Part shown: positions 9,085 through 17,730 of the stretch, one piece after another
Position numbering within the stretch: position 1 is the stretch's first letter
How the letters are laid out: each line of letters begins with the position of its first letter
NCBI GenBank assembly: GCA_030425355.1
Contig: JAUIAG010000003.1
Span: 1-54,064, forward strand
Length of the DNA stretch: 54,064 nucleotides
Direction: 5' to 3'
Source: Verrucomicrobiia bacterium
GTDB taxonomy: Bacteria > Verrucomicrobiota > Verrucomicrobiia > Limisphaerales > JAJOIW01
Notes under the pieces: model-generated
What the model saw: the letters and a program-made list of their open reading frames with translations, nothing else
Database searches by the model: none
What the model was told of the DNA's origin: nothing
Translations under genes and position numbers: made by a program

Positions 9085-10329
9085 TCAATATTTGGCGGAA
9101 AGGGCGGCGCGGTAGGCTTTGAGGAGGTTTTCGACAGATTGATCCCAGCTCAGCGGTCCATCCATGCGCTGCAGTCCGATGCGCCCCATCTCATCCCGCC
9201 GCCCGGGATTGTCCGCGAGGTATGCGATGCCCATGGCGAGCGCTTCGGGCGAGTTCTCGGAGACGTAATGTCCGGCGTCGGCGGCCGAGGCCCGCCCTTC
9301 CTTCAGATCAAAGAGCACCTGTGATTTCCCGAAGGTCATGTATTCGAGGACTTTGTTCATGGTGCAGTGGTGATTGTATGGATTGATGGGGTCGCTGGAA
9401 GCCCCGAGATCCATGGTCTTCAGTGCGCTGAAGAGAAACTCATTGGAAACCCGCCCCGGCATGTCGACATGCTCCTGGAGATTCAGGTTGTCCCGCAGAG
9501 CGACCAGAGAATCGTATTCCGGCCCTGTCCCCATGAGAAGAAAGTGGATATCATCCCGCCCCATGCCGTGAACCAGGTGGTGGGCGGCACGGATCAGGTA
9601 ATCCACTCCATCGGCATTCCCCATCACTCCGACATAACCGACGAGGATCGCTCGCCCCTTGCGGAGTGACGGGTCGGGATGCACCTCGGCGCGATTGACT
9701 CTGGGGGCTGTCCGCACCACAAAAACCTGCCCGGGACTCATTCTGCCCCGGCCAAGGGCGATCTCGCGGACTGACTCATTGGTGGCTATGGCGACGTCAG
9801 CGGTGCGGTAAGTGAGAAACTCCGCGCATCGCACAAACCAGTAAAAAAGACCCCGGGAGCCGAACTTTGCCTCGAACATCTCCGGCCACGCATCGTGAAT
9901 ATCATAAATAATCCGGGCCCCCAGAAGTTTGAATGGCAGAGCGACAAGGAACAGGAGATCGGGCGGGTTGCAGAGATGGATAATATCGGGCCGCCATGTC
10001 CACCATACGCGGAGTGCCAGAAGAAATTCCCCCGCCAGCGCCGAGGCATACTCGGCGAAGAAACCGACAAATCCCCCCGCCTCATCGGAAATCCAGTGGC
10101 GGTAGATGTGAATCCCGTCGAGGACTTCGTGACGGCGGTTGTATCCGCGCATCCTCGGGCATATGACGATGACCTGATACCCGGCATCCCGGAGTGCACA
10201 GGATTCCTGCCAGACGCGCCGGTCGAGAGGGACCGGAAGATTCTCCACGATTATCAGGACGCAGGGCTTCTCCACGCGATTGAAGAAACTCCGCCCCATC
10301 AGCGCCTTTAACTTCTTGCCGGGATTCAT
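9085..10329 (-). CDS. Glycosyltransferase family 4 (GT-B)
   Basis: IIVENLPVPLDRRVWQE, HLCNPPD, YDIHDAWPE, YVGVMGNADG, NKVLEYM. Start uncertain (track 10416; ATG 10329 or 10299 plausible). Confidence 0.88.
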   Translation of the reverse strand: MNPGKKLKALMGRSFFNRVEKPCVLIIVENLPVPLDRRVWQESCALRDAGYQVIVICPRMRGYNRRHEVLDGIHIYRHWISDEAGGFVGFFAEYASALAGEFLLALRVWWTWRPDIIHLCNPPDLLFLVALPFKLLGARIIYDIHDAWPEMFEAKFGSRGLFYWFVRCAEFLTYRTADVAIATNESVREIALGRGRMSPGQVFVVRTAPRVNRAEVHPDPSLRKGRAILVGYVGVMGNADGVDYLIRAAHHLVHGMGRDDIHFLLMGTGPEYDSLVALRDNLNLQEHVDMPGRVSNEFLFSALKTMDLGASSDPINPYNHHCTMNKVLEYMTFGKSQVLFDLKEGRASAADAGHYVSENSPEALAMGIAYLADNPGRRDEMGRIGLQRMDGPLSWDQSVENLLKAYRAALSAKY

Positions 10330-10454
10330 CTGGATTGGATGCGAGACAGTCTCAAGTATGACACATTCCCCTGCCCCGATGCACGGGTAAATCCCTGTGG
10401 AAGCCGGGCCGGCCATTGAGGCCGGAAAGCCCGGGACTGCGGGGGGCCGGAGAA

Positions 10455-11555
10455 TCAGCCCTCGGCCACATTGACGTAGACTTTGAGAGCGGAGGAGTCC
10501 TCCAGAAGTTCCATGACCTTCCTGTAGTTGTCGAGGCCATCAACCGGATGTGTCAGAATCCGCTGCAGCACCCCGGGGAACATCGACTCTGCAAATCCGA
10601 GATCCGCTATGGCTTTCTCAAAGTGGCGGAAGTTGGAGTTGACAGACCCGAGCATGAGTTTGTTGCCGAGGACCCACTGGAGGTTGATCTTGTCAGAGGG
10701 AATTTCGATGCGGCGGTCACCACCGGTGATACTGGTCCACACCAGCGCCCCGTTGAGGTTGAGGACTTCCATGGCCTCGAAAGCCACCCCACTGTGGCCG
10801 GTGCTCTCGATGATCAGGTCCGGCTTGCCGACCTGAGCAGCCAGCTCAGCAAGCGACTTCTTCCGCGTGCTGACATAAGTCGCGCCCATGGCTTCGGCGA
10901 TCTCCGCCTTGAGATTCGGGGCTTCGCTGCGTGCGATGGTGAAGGTGCGTATTCCCCGCAGACGGAGGATCATGGTGGTGAGAAGCCCGATCTGTCCGGA
11001 ACCGAGCACGAAGGCGGTCCGTGGTTCCCAAACCTGTAGACGGCGCTGGGCATGGATTGCCTCGTCGACCGCCTTGTAGGCCACCGATGCAGGCTCGCAC
11101 AGCACGTGAAGGTGCTTCAGTGACTCGGGCACCTTGATGATATATTCCATATCATCCACGAAATACTCAGTGAGGTATCCATGGAGAAGATTGATGCCCC
11201 GTTCATAATAGGTTTCTTCAGTGGTGATATCGGACCGGCCAATGCGGTCGAAAATGGAATCACCCGGACGCCGCACGGTGCAGGTCACATAATCGCCGGG
11301 CTTCACGTGGCGGACCGCTGCCCCCACCTGCTCAACCACTCCAAAACATTCATGCCCGAGAACCAGAAAATCACTCCCTTCCGGGGCATTTCCATAAAGG
11401 GCTTCATTAATCTCCGCATCTGTGGCGTCAACACCAACCTTCAAAACCTTCACAAGCACCCCCCGCCCGTCCGGGATGCTGTTGATGTCGGGATACGGAA
11501 TATCCTCGAGATGGATACTGTGCGCTTTGCCTGGATAGACAGCTACCGCCTTCAT
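10455..11555 (-). CDS. Zn-dependent MDR-family dehydrogenase, glucose 1-dehydrogenase-like
   Basis: GVDATD, LGHE, TVRRP, ERGI, EP, GSGQIG Rossmann motif and GSVNS, matching the archaeal-type glucose dehydrogenase pattern. Confidence 0.8.
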   Translation of the reverse strand: MKAVAVYPGKAHSIHLEDIPYPDINSIPDGRGVLVKVLKVGVDATDAEINEALYGNAPEGSDFLVLGHECFGVVEQVGAAVRHVKPGDYVTCTVRRPGDSIFDRIGRSDITTEETYYERGINLLHGYLTEYFVDDMEYIIKVPESLKHLHVLCEPASVAYKAVDEAIHAQRRLQVWEPRTAFVLGSGQIGLLTTMILRLRGIRTFTIARSEAPNLKAEIAEAMGATYVSTRKKSLAELAAQVGKPDLIIESTGHSGVAFEAMEVLNLNGALVWTSITGGDRRIEIPSDKINLQWVLGNKLMLGSVNSNFRHFEKAIADLGFAESMFPGVLQRILTHPVDGLDNYRKVMELLEDSSALKVYVNVAEG

Positions 11556-11678
11556 ATTTTATTCAGTCTTTTCTCAGTCTTTTTTGATTCTTGTCAAAGG
11601 AAGGGTGGAGTGTGGACAAGACAGGTCCACATATCAATCCCAACCATGGAATGGCCGGCCCGATTATCCGCTCCGAAA

Positions 11679-11706
11679 TTGTCACATGATTCTCACATGA
11701 TTGCCC
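11679..11706 (+). promoter_or_regulatory. Pho-box-like 11-bp direct repeats upstream of the prepilin gene
   Basis: TTGTCACATGA-TTCTCACATGA-TTGCCC; 11-nt period resembling the PhoB CTGTCAT-N4 repeat. Confidence 0.5.
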
Positions 11707-11766
11707 GGGAAGCAGACTTTTCATCGCCGCACAAATGACGGACACTATGGATGAATTCCCACGGGT

Positions 11767-12552
11767 ATGCAAAAGATATGCAAGCCATGTTCAGTAAATT
11801 GGAGTTATCGGGCCGGAGCCCGGGGATTCACGCTGATTGAGCTGCTGGTGGTCATTGCCATCATCGCCATACTGGCCAGCCTCCTCGTCCCTGCACTCGG
11901 GCATGCCAAAGAAAGCGCCAGACGCATTTCATGCCTCAATAACATGCGTCAGTGGGGCATGGGAATGATGCTCTACACTCAGGACAATGAGGACGAACTG
12001 CCCGATGAGAAGTTCAGCACCGGAAACCGCTGGAGCCAGATCCTCGAGGAATCCAACATCGGCGCATGGCCCATCTCCATTCCCGCCGTGGTCAACAAAC
12101 CCGGTGCCCTCCACTACGCCAGACAATTCGCTGACCGGGAATCGACTGATTTCTATTCCAGGGGATCGATGTTTCACTGCCCCACGGCACGCTTTGCTCC
12201 CGATCTCATGAGCCGCGCCCTCTTCAGTCTGGGCATGAACTCCAAGCTCGTCGTGGACAACATGATGGTCCGCCACAGCGCCATCAAACTGCCGGCCCGG
12301 ACCGCCCTCATGGTAGAAGCCGGCTCACCGGGAGAAAAACCCTTCTCCCCGAATCAGTCAAACTTCAACGGCCAGCCCAATGTCTTTGCCTCCCGCTTCT
12401 CCGTGCGACATGCCGGATCAGGCAACATCGTCTTTGCCGATGGCCACGCTGATTCCTTCAGAGGACAGGACATCGTCAGCCCGGAAGGCAGGGCATGGTT
12501 CCCCTACCGCGCCGTCATCTGGACCCCCTCCCCCTCCATCGACCCCAACTGA
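11767..12552 (+). CDS. Prepilin-type N-terminal cleavage/methylation protein with H-X9-DG motif (DUF1559-type)
   Basis: RG|[41 protein letters not shown] and [14 protein letters not shown]. Confidence 0.9.
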   Translation: MQKICKPCSVNWSYRAGARGFTLIELLVVIAIIAILASLLVPALGHAKESARRISCLNNMRQWGMGMMLYTQDNEDELPDEKFSTGNRWSQILEESNIGAWPISIPAVVNKPGALHYARQFADRESTDFYSRGSMFHCPTARFAPDLMSRALFSLGMNSKLVVDNMMVRHSAIKLPARTALMVEAGSPGEKPFSPNQSNFNGQPNVFASRFSVRHAGSGNIVFADGHADSFRGQDIVSPEGRAWFPYRAVIWTPSPSIDPN

Positions 12553-12642
12553 CAGGGTGACAGGCTCCTTTTTCCTGCATGGAACAGCAACGAATTCCTT
12601 CGTTCTCGAACGAATAAAGTGCATGGCACCATGTGACGGACA
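12553..12642. repeat. 90-bp structured repeat, copy 1 (REPIN/MITE-like)
   Basis: 73/90 identical to 12709-12798 by manual alignment; imperfect 19-bp inverted ends and a central ACGAA-TTCC-TTCGT hairpin. Confidence 0.85.
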
Positions 12643-12690
12643 CCCGCTTCTCCATGCGATATGCCGGATCAGGCAACATCGTCAGCCCGG
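12643..12690 (+). repeat. Degenerate duplicate of the 3' part of the prepilin gene
   Basis: Matches 12392-12432 with 2 substitutions, then jumps to 12478 (agcccgg) across an ACATCGTC microhomology. Confidence 0.75.
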
Positions 12691-12708
12691 GTGGACAGAG
12701 TGTGACTG

Positions 12709-12798
12709 CAGGGTGACAGGCTCTTTTTTCCTGCCACCGGCAATTACGAATTCCTTCGTTAAATCATGAATAAAGTGCATGGCACCTTGTGACGGACA
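12709..12798. repeat. 90-bp structured repeat, copy 2
   Basis: Direct repeat of 12553-12642. Confidence 0.85.
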
Positions 12799-12822
12799 GT
12801 GGGGAAATAAGAGAAGAGAAAG

Positions 12823-12856
12823 GCCCCGATTGACGGATAGCCGGGTCAATCGGGGC
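12823..12856 (-). terminator. Stem-loop between convergent genes, probable terminator
   Basis: GCCCCGATTGAC-N10-GTCAATCGGGGC perfect 12-bp stem, followed by a pyrimidine run on the minus strand. Confidence 0.6.
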
Positions 12857-12920
12857 TGTGAAAACTGGATGAAGATTAATTGGGATTGGTAAAAAAACCG
12901 CCGGATCGGACGGGGAGAAA

Positions 12921-14003
12921 TCAGTAGACGCCCTCGACGATTTTCTTGGTCATGGCGCCGAAGGGCCTGACCTGGGCCACGCCATCCCATGGGTATTGGC
13001 GGCATGGTTTTCTTCTGATGGCTTCATCGCGCTCGAGGAATCTGGGTACGAAGAACTCTGAAGTCAGTGTGGTGAGCTCGACCCGTCCCCATGCGTCGTA
13101 AGGAACGGTCTGATTGGTGTTTTCGGGTTCGACCACCCGGAGGATGGCCCGGGGCTGGGGCGCATGATAGGTGATGGAGAAGTTGTCTTCCGGGGTGAGC
13201 GGTCGGTGAGCAGCCAGACCCATGAGGGTATTGCCGTATGTGGGAACGAATCCGATCTGACCTTCGAGGACTTCCTCGACGATGAAGCGGGTGTATTGCG
13301 GGTCCATGGTGGTGCCGCCGCAGAAGACTCCCTTGACACCGGCGTTCACGAGGCTGATCCGCTCGGAGATGGCTTCGAGCAGTTTCGGCGTGGTGAAGAT
13401 TGCCGAGACGCTCCTGTTTTTGAGGATGAGGAGTGCCTGGTCGACGACGTGCTGCATGTAGGCCCTCGCCTGCTCGGGCTGCCCGGAGGCGATCACTTTT
13501 TTGACCCATCGGGGATCGAGGTCGACGAAGTAGCATGAACAGCCGCGGACGTTGGCGAGGTGTTCAATGGCCAGGCGGAGGCGGCGGGGGCCGGTTGGAC
13601 CCACCATCAGCCAGTAATGGTTTCTGGGGAAATGCTCGTCGCTGAGGGACTCGGAAAACTGGCTGTAATCGATCTTGTAGTCTTCCCACCCGATGCGCTG
13701 TTTGGGCATACCGGTGGTTCCGCCGGTCTCGAATATATTGAATGGCTTCCCCTTATATGCCTTGGGAATCCACACTTCATTGGGGAGATCCCGCAGGTAT
13801 GTGTCCCCGTCAAAGTGATCGAACTTGACCAGGTCGGCGGTGGTTTTTATTTCCTCGATCGGGTTCCATGAGGATTTTTCCAGCCATTCGAGCCAGAAAG
13901 GGCACCCTGTTTCCGGAGAGAAATGCCACTTGATTGTTTCGCGCAGGTGCGCGTCGAGTTTTTCCTGAGCCGAAGAAACGGCCGATTCAGAAGCTGGTTC
14001 CAT
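12921..14003 (-). CDS. Short adenylate-forming (ANL) enzyme, EhpF/phenylacetate-CoA-ligase/LuxE-like
   Basis: P-loop FETGGTTGMPK, YGNT and ERD motifs; WHFSPETGCPFW and VDLDPRWVKK resemble EhpF-type proteins; 360 aa, apparently without the small C-terminal ANL domain. Confidence 0.72.
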   Translation of the reverse strand: MEPASESAVSSAQEKLDAHLRETIKWHFSPETGCPFWLEWLEKSSWNPIEEIKTTADLVKFDHFDGDTYLRDLPNEVWIPKAYKGKPFNIFETGGTTGMPKQRIGWEDYKIDYSQFSESLSDEHFPRNHYWLMVGPTGPRRLRLAIEHLANVRGCSCYFVDLDPRWVKKVIASGQPEQARAYMQHVVDQALLILKNRSVSAIFTTPKLLEAISERISLVNAGVKGVFCGGTTMDPQYTRFIVEEVLEGQIGFVPTYGNTLMGLAAHRPLTPEDNFSITYHAPQPRAILRVVEPENTNQTVPYDAWGRVELTTLTSEFFVPRFLERDEAIRRKPCRQYPWDGVAQVRPFGAMTKKIVEGVY

Positions 14004-14063
14004 TGAATGAAAAAAATGACTTATTTTTAAGATGCTGCAAGTTGAGTGATGACAAATGAGAAA

Positions 14064-14096
14064 CGGCGGGACGGGGTGAGTCCCCCTGTCCCGCCG
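14064..14096 (-). terminator. GC-rich stem-loop directly after the SSS transporter
   Basis: CGGCGGGACGGGG...CCCTGTCCCGCCG stem with a short U tail on the minus strand. Confidence 0.5.
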
Positions 14097-14105
14097 GTGA
14101 AGTTT

Positions 14106-15752
14106 TCAGGATGGCTTCCCGTCGGAATCAAGCGGGAAGAACTTGCGAAGTGTCTGGTCAGACGGCGGCCTTGTGAAAAGGGACACGGCGATAAGTGCGA
14201 CTGTCGAAGCGAGGACAATGAAGGTCACCGGCATGACTCCGGCCACAAGGTATTCCCCGTGCTCCACTTTACCGAAGATGGCGTCTTTGCCACGGGCGAG
14301 GGCATCATGAGCGAACAGTGTCCATGTGACGACTGTGGCAGCGATGCTGGCAAAGACACCGGCCCGCGTGGTTCTTTTCCAGTATATCGACGCAAAGGCG
14401 ATGGGAAACAGGGCTGAGAATCCACTGAAGCACCAGACACCGAGGTTGAAGACGCTTTTCGGATCGAGCAGCGAAATACCATAGGTGATGGTGACTATCA
14501 GCACGATGAAACAGCGGCCGATCCAGACCTTCTGGGTGTCTGAAAACTTGTCCTTTCCAAACAGCGGGATCACAAAATCATTGGTGAACATGCTGCCGAT
14601 GCAGACAAACTGCGAATCAAGGGAACTCATGATCGCCGCCAGAACGCCGGCCGAGAAGAGTCCAACCAGGATCTTGTTGGCCATGAATTTGCCCACCATG
14701 ACACCGAGCACCGCATTGGCATTGGGACTGCCGTTCGGGAGGCTCGGAACTTTCAGTTCACCTGACTCAAACATGCCGGCGGCCCATATCCCGAGGAGAA
14801 TACAGGGCACCCAGACCAGCATGATGCAGATGGGGTGAGCAATGACGGTGAGCCGGAACGCCTTGGCGCTCCGGGCTGTCAGCCAGTGCTGAAACAGGTG
14901 GGGGAACATACCGACGCTCAACGGCACCAGCATGTAACTGATGAAGTGCGGCACACTCATCAGACCTTCGCGGCTCAGCTTTTCCGGAGCATTTTCCAAT
15001 GCTCTCTGGGAGGCCGTCTGTAGTCCCCCCAGACCGTCGGCAATCACGATGAATCCGACAAGGCCCATCAGCATGAACACGATTGTCTGAAAGGTGTTGG
15101 CCCAGGCAGCGGAGCGGACCCCACCGTAGAACACATAGAAAAGCACCACCACGCAGATGACGAGGCCGGTGACCCATGGAGGAACAGCGCCGGGAGGGCT
15201 GGAACTGCCGCCAGCAAAGGTTTCCGGGAACATATTCCGGGTGATGCCGCCAATGTAGGATCCTGCGCCGAGAAGTCCGACGAGAAGGTAGGGAATGATC
15301 AGTCCCACCAGAATGGGGAAGAGCACGTATCCAAGCGTTTTCGACTCAAACCTGTCGCGGAAAAACTGGATCTGTGTGACGTAGCCGTACTTCTTGCCGA
15401 ATGCCCACATGCGAATTCCGATCAGGAAGAAACAGGCGGCATGGATGAGGGCCGAGCTTGATGCCATAAGTCCGTAGACTCCGATGCCAAGACTGAAAGC
15501 CTTGCCTGTCGATCCGACCATCGCAAATGCGGTCATGGTCGTGCCGAAAACACTCATCAGCAGCATGAATGGACCAATCGAGTGACTGGCGGCAAAGAAG
15601 TCTGAACTGGAGCCCCGGAAGAGGCGGCTGGATGCCCACCCGATGCCGAAGAGCACCAGCATGTAGGCTATGATAACGAAGAGCGGAGTCCGGTCAGCAT
15701 GAGCTGCCGCCTGAGCCGGAGCCTGAGCCAGCATGAACAGAGAGGTGTTCAT
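14106..15752 (-). CDS. Sodium:solute symporter (SSS) family transporter
   Basis: About 13 TMs; FFAASHSIG, YGGVRSAAWANTFQ and LAAIMSSLDSQ SSS motifs. Confidence 0.92.
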   Translation of the reverse strand: MNTSLFMLAQAPAQAAAHADRTPLFVIIAYMLVLFGIGWASSRLFRGSSSDFFAASHSIGPFMLLMSVFGTTMTAFAMVGSTGKAFSLGIGVYGLMASSSALIHAACFFLIGIRMWAFGKKYGYVTQIQFFRDRFESKTLGYVLFPILVGLIIPYLLVGLLGAGSYIGGITRNMFPETFAGGSSSPPGAVPPWVTGLVICVVVLFYVFYGGVRSAAWANTFQTIVFMLMGLVGFIVIADGLGGLQTASQRALENAPEKLSREGLMSVPHFISYMLVPLSVGMFPHLFQHWLTARSAKAFRLTVIAHPICIMLVWVPCILLGIWAAGMFESGELKVPSLPNGSPNANAVLGVMVGKFMANKILVGLFSAGVLAAIMSSLDSQFVCIGSMFTNDFVIPLFGKDKFSDTQKVWIGRCFIVLIVTITYGISLLDPKSVFNLGVWCFSGFSALFPIAFASIYWKRTTRAGVFASIAATVVTWTLFAHDALARGKDAIFGKVEHGEYLVAGVMPVTFIVLASTVALIAVSLFTRPPSDQTLRKFFPLDSDGKPS

Positions 15753-16030
15753 TGATCACCTCCCTGGGGCTGCGCGGAGCCGGAGCCGGGAACAATTGTT
15801 GGAGCCGGAGGTGGGGCGTCATCAGGCGCCTCCGCCCAGGCTTCAATCTCGGAAGGCCAGGCCAGCTTTGTCGCTCCGAACCATACCAGCGCCGCAAGGC
15901 ATGAGAACACCGTATGGTAGAACAACCCCAGTGGCATGAAACCGAAAACCAGGGCCTTGTTGTCCCACCACCAGAAATCCTGATGGAGGATGGCAAGAAG
16001 TATCACCAGGCCATAAATAAGTTTTCTCAT
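15749..16030 (-). CDS. DUF3311-like small membrane protein (SSS partner)
   Basis: LHQDFWWW...FGFMPLGLFYH; two TMs; ATGA overlap with the SSS start. Confidence 0.75.
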   Translation of the reverse strand: MRKLIYGLVILLAILHQDFWWWDNKALVFGFMPLGLFYHTVFSCLAALVWFGATKLAWPSEIEAWAEAPDDAPPPAPTIVPGSGSAQPQGGDQ

Positions 16031-16097
16031 ATTTTCAGAGTGAGGATCGGATCAGAGATGGATAGATCTGCCGGTGCCGGGAGGACAAGATCCCCGC

Positions 16098-17678
16098 TCA
16101 ATCGGCAACAGCAGTCTTCGTTTGTTTTTCTATGGCGTAGAGATGCGTCTGGGTTGCCACGTAGAGGACGTTGTTTGCGACAATCGGAGTCGAGTAGATC
16201 GGAGCGTCAAACCAGTCCTCGAAAATAGGCTCGTCATTTTCGGCATCAAAATCCTTGGAGGCGGGAAGGATGACAAAGTCGCCATCCTCGTCGGAGGCGA
16301 AAACCTTGCCGTCGGCAACAAGTGTGGAGCTCCACATATGCGCCTTCATGTCATAGATCCAGTGCTCTTCGCCGGTCTCCGCATCAAGGCAGTAGACAAA
16401 GCCGGAGTAGTCAGCCACAAAAAGCAGGCCTGTCTCCGGATCAATACTCACTGTGGAGATGGTTCTGTGAATCTTGTCGTAGTCCCAGATAAGACCGCTG
16501 CCGGTGATGTCTCCTTTTTTGGTGGCATCGATGCAGACCAGACGTCCGACGCCCTCGCCGTGTTCAGGATCCTGACCGATGGCTACATACACACGGTTCT
16601 TGTAGAAGACCGGTGTGGCGATGATTTCGCTGGGGCCGTCCGCAGCCGGGTATTTGATGGGCTGACCGTCTTCGAATTTGTATTTGTCGGGGACGCAGTC
16701 AAAGCGCCAGATCTCCGGCAGGACATTCAGACCCTCGTCGTCGTTGTAGACAGGCTTGGGATCGAATGCATAACAGAAACCGTCGCCCGCTCCGAAGAAA
16801 ACCATTTTCTGGCCGTTCACCTCGCCCATCGACGGGGAGGACCAGTTGCAGTGCATCAGATTCTCGCTGATTCCGGACATTTCCTCGCCCAGCAGTTTTC
16901 CTGTTTTCTTATCAAGCGCGACAAGACACGGAGCCAGCGGTGAAGGGATGTTAAGGTGGGACCAGTCCTGGCCATTTGAGGTGGTGCAGAAGACCTTGTC
17001 CTCGACAATCAGCACGGAGGAACTCGCGATGTTGTGAGGGAAAACGCCAAGTTCCTCACGCATGTCGAAGACCCAAATGATGTCCGCGTCCAGTTCGCCG
17101 GGTTCCATGGGGGGCTCCCCGGGGCCGGCCATATACTGCCCTTCGCTCTTGAACGGACCATCGTTGCCGTTCTTCATGCCATGAACATCAAGGCAGAGCA
17201 CTTCGCACCGGTTGGAGACGAGATACACCCTGTCACCTTCGACAGCCGGTGAGGAGCAGATGCCGAGGAACTCCCAGTCACTGACTTTGCCGGCACCCAG
17301 CTTGGGAACAACCAGCTGCCAGTGAAGTTCACCGGTCTTTTCATCAAGGCAGTAAACGACACCGCGGTCACCCTTGTGTCGCGGGTCACGCGGTGATTCA
17401 TTGTTGGTTCCAATGTAGACACGCCCGTCGGCAACGGTCGTGTTCCCGTAGGCCTGGGATCCAAGCTTGGCAACCCATTTGACGTTCTCGGTAGTCGAAA
17501 GATCGATGTTTTCAGAGTTGTCGAGAAATTCGCCGGGCTCAACCGATGTAGGGAGGTTCTTTGCGTCCGAGTAAAGGTTCCGGTTTGGCGAACCGCCCCA
17601 CATGGACCAGTCTGCCGCTCCGGCCGTCGATACCATGGCGACGGCCACTGCAACGATTCCGTAAATATTATTTTTCAT
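16098..17678 (-). CDS. Exported PQQ-binding-like (BamB-like) beta-propeller protein
   Basis: Signal peptide, DWSMWGG, NVKWVAKLGS, repeated CLD..TG...W and SSP/STP blades. Confidence 0.85.
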   Translation of the reverse strand: MKNNIYGIVAVAVAMVSTAGAADWSMWGGSPNRNLYSDAKNLPTSVEPGEFLDNSENIDLSTTENVKWVAKLGSQAYGNTTVADGRVYIGTNNESPRDPRHKGDRGVVYCLDEKTGELHWQLVVPKLGAGKVSDWEFLGICSSPAVEGDRVYLVSNRCEVLCLDVHGMKNGNDGPFKSEGQYMAGPGEPPMEPGELDADIIWVFDMREELGVFPHNIASSSVLIVEDKVFCTTSNGQDWSHLNIPSPLAPCLVALDKKTGKLLGEEMSGISENLMHCNWSSPSMGEVNGQKMVFFGAGDGFCYAFDPKPVYNDDEGLNVLPEIWRFDCVPDKYKFEDGQPIKYPAADGPSEIIATPVFYKNRVYVAIGQDPEHGEGVGRLVCIDATKKGDITGSGLIWDYDKIHRTISTVSIDPETGLLFVADYSGFVYCLDAETGEEHWIYDMKAHMWSSTLVADGKVFASDEDGDFVILPASKDFDAENDEPIFEDWFDAPIYSTPIVANNVLYVATQTHLYAIEKQTKTAVAD

Positions 17679-17730
17679 GGTGAGTATCAGTTAAAATAAG
17701 TTTGAATGTCTGTTCGGTTGTGTGGGCTCA

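Noticed and set aside
12392-12798. Diversity-generating retroelement TR/VR pair
   Set aside because: No reverse transcriptase in the window and the differences are not adenine-specific.
12553-12798. CRISPR array
   Set aside because: Only two 90-bp units, the spacer derives from the adjacent gene, and there are no cas genes.
12921-14003. Phenazine biosynthesis cluster
   Set aside because: Only the EhpF-like enzyme is present, with no phz core genes; aroB is 8 kb away in a housekeeping context.
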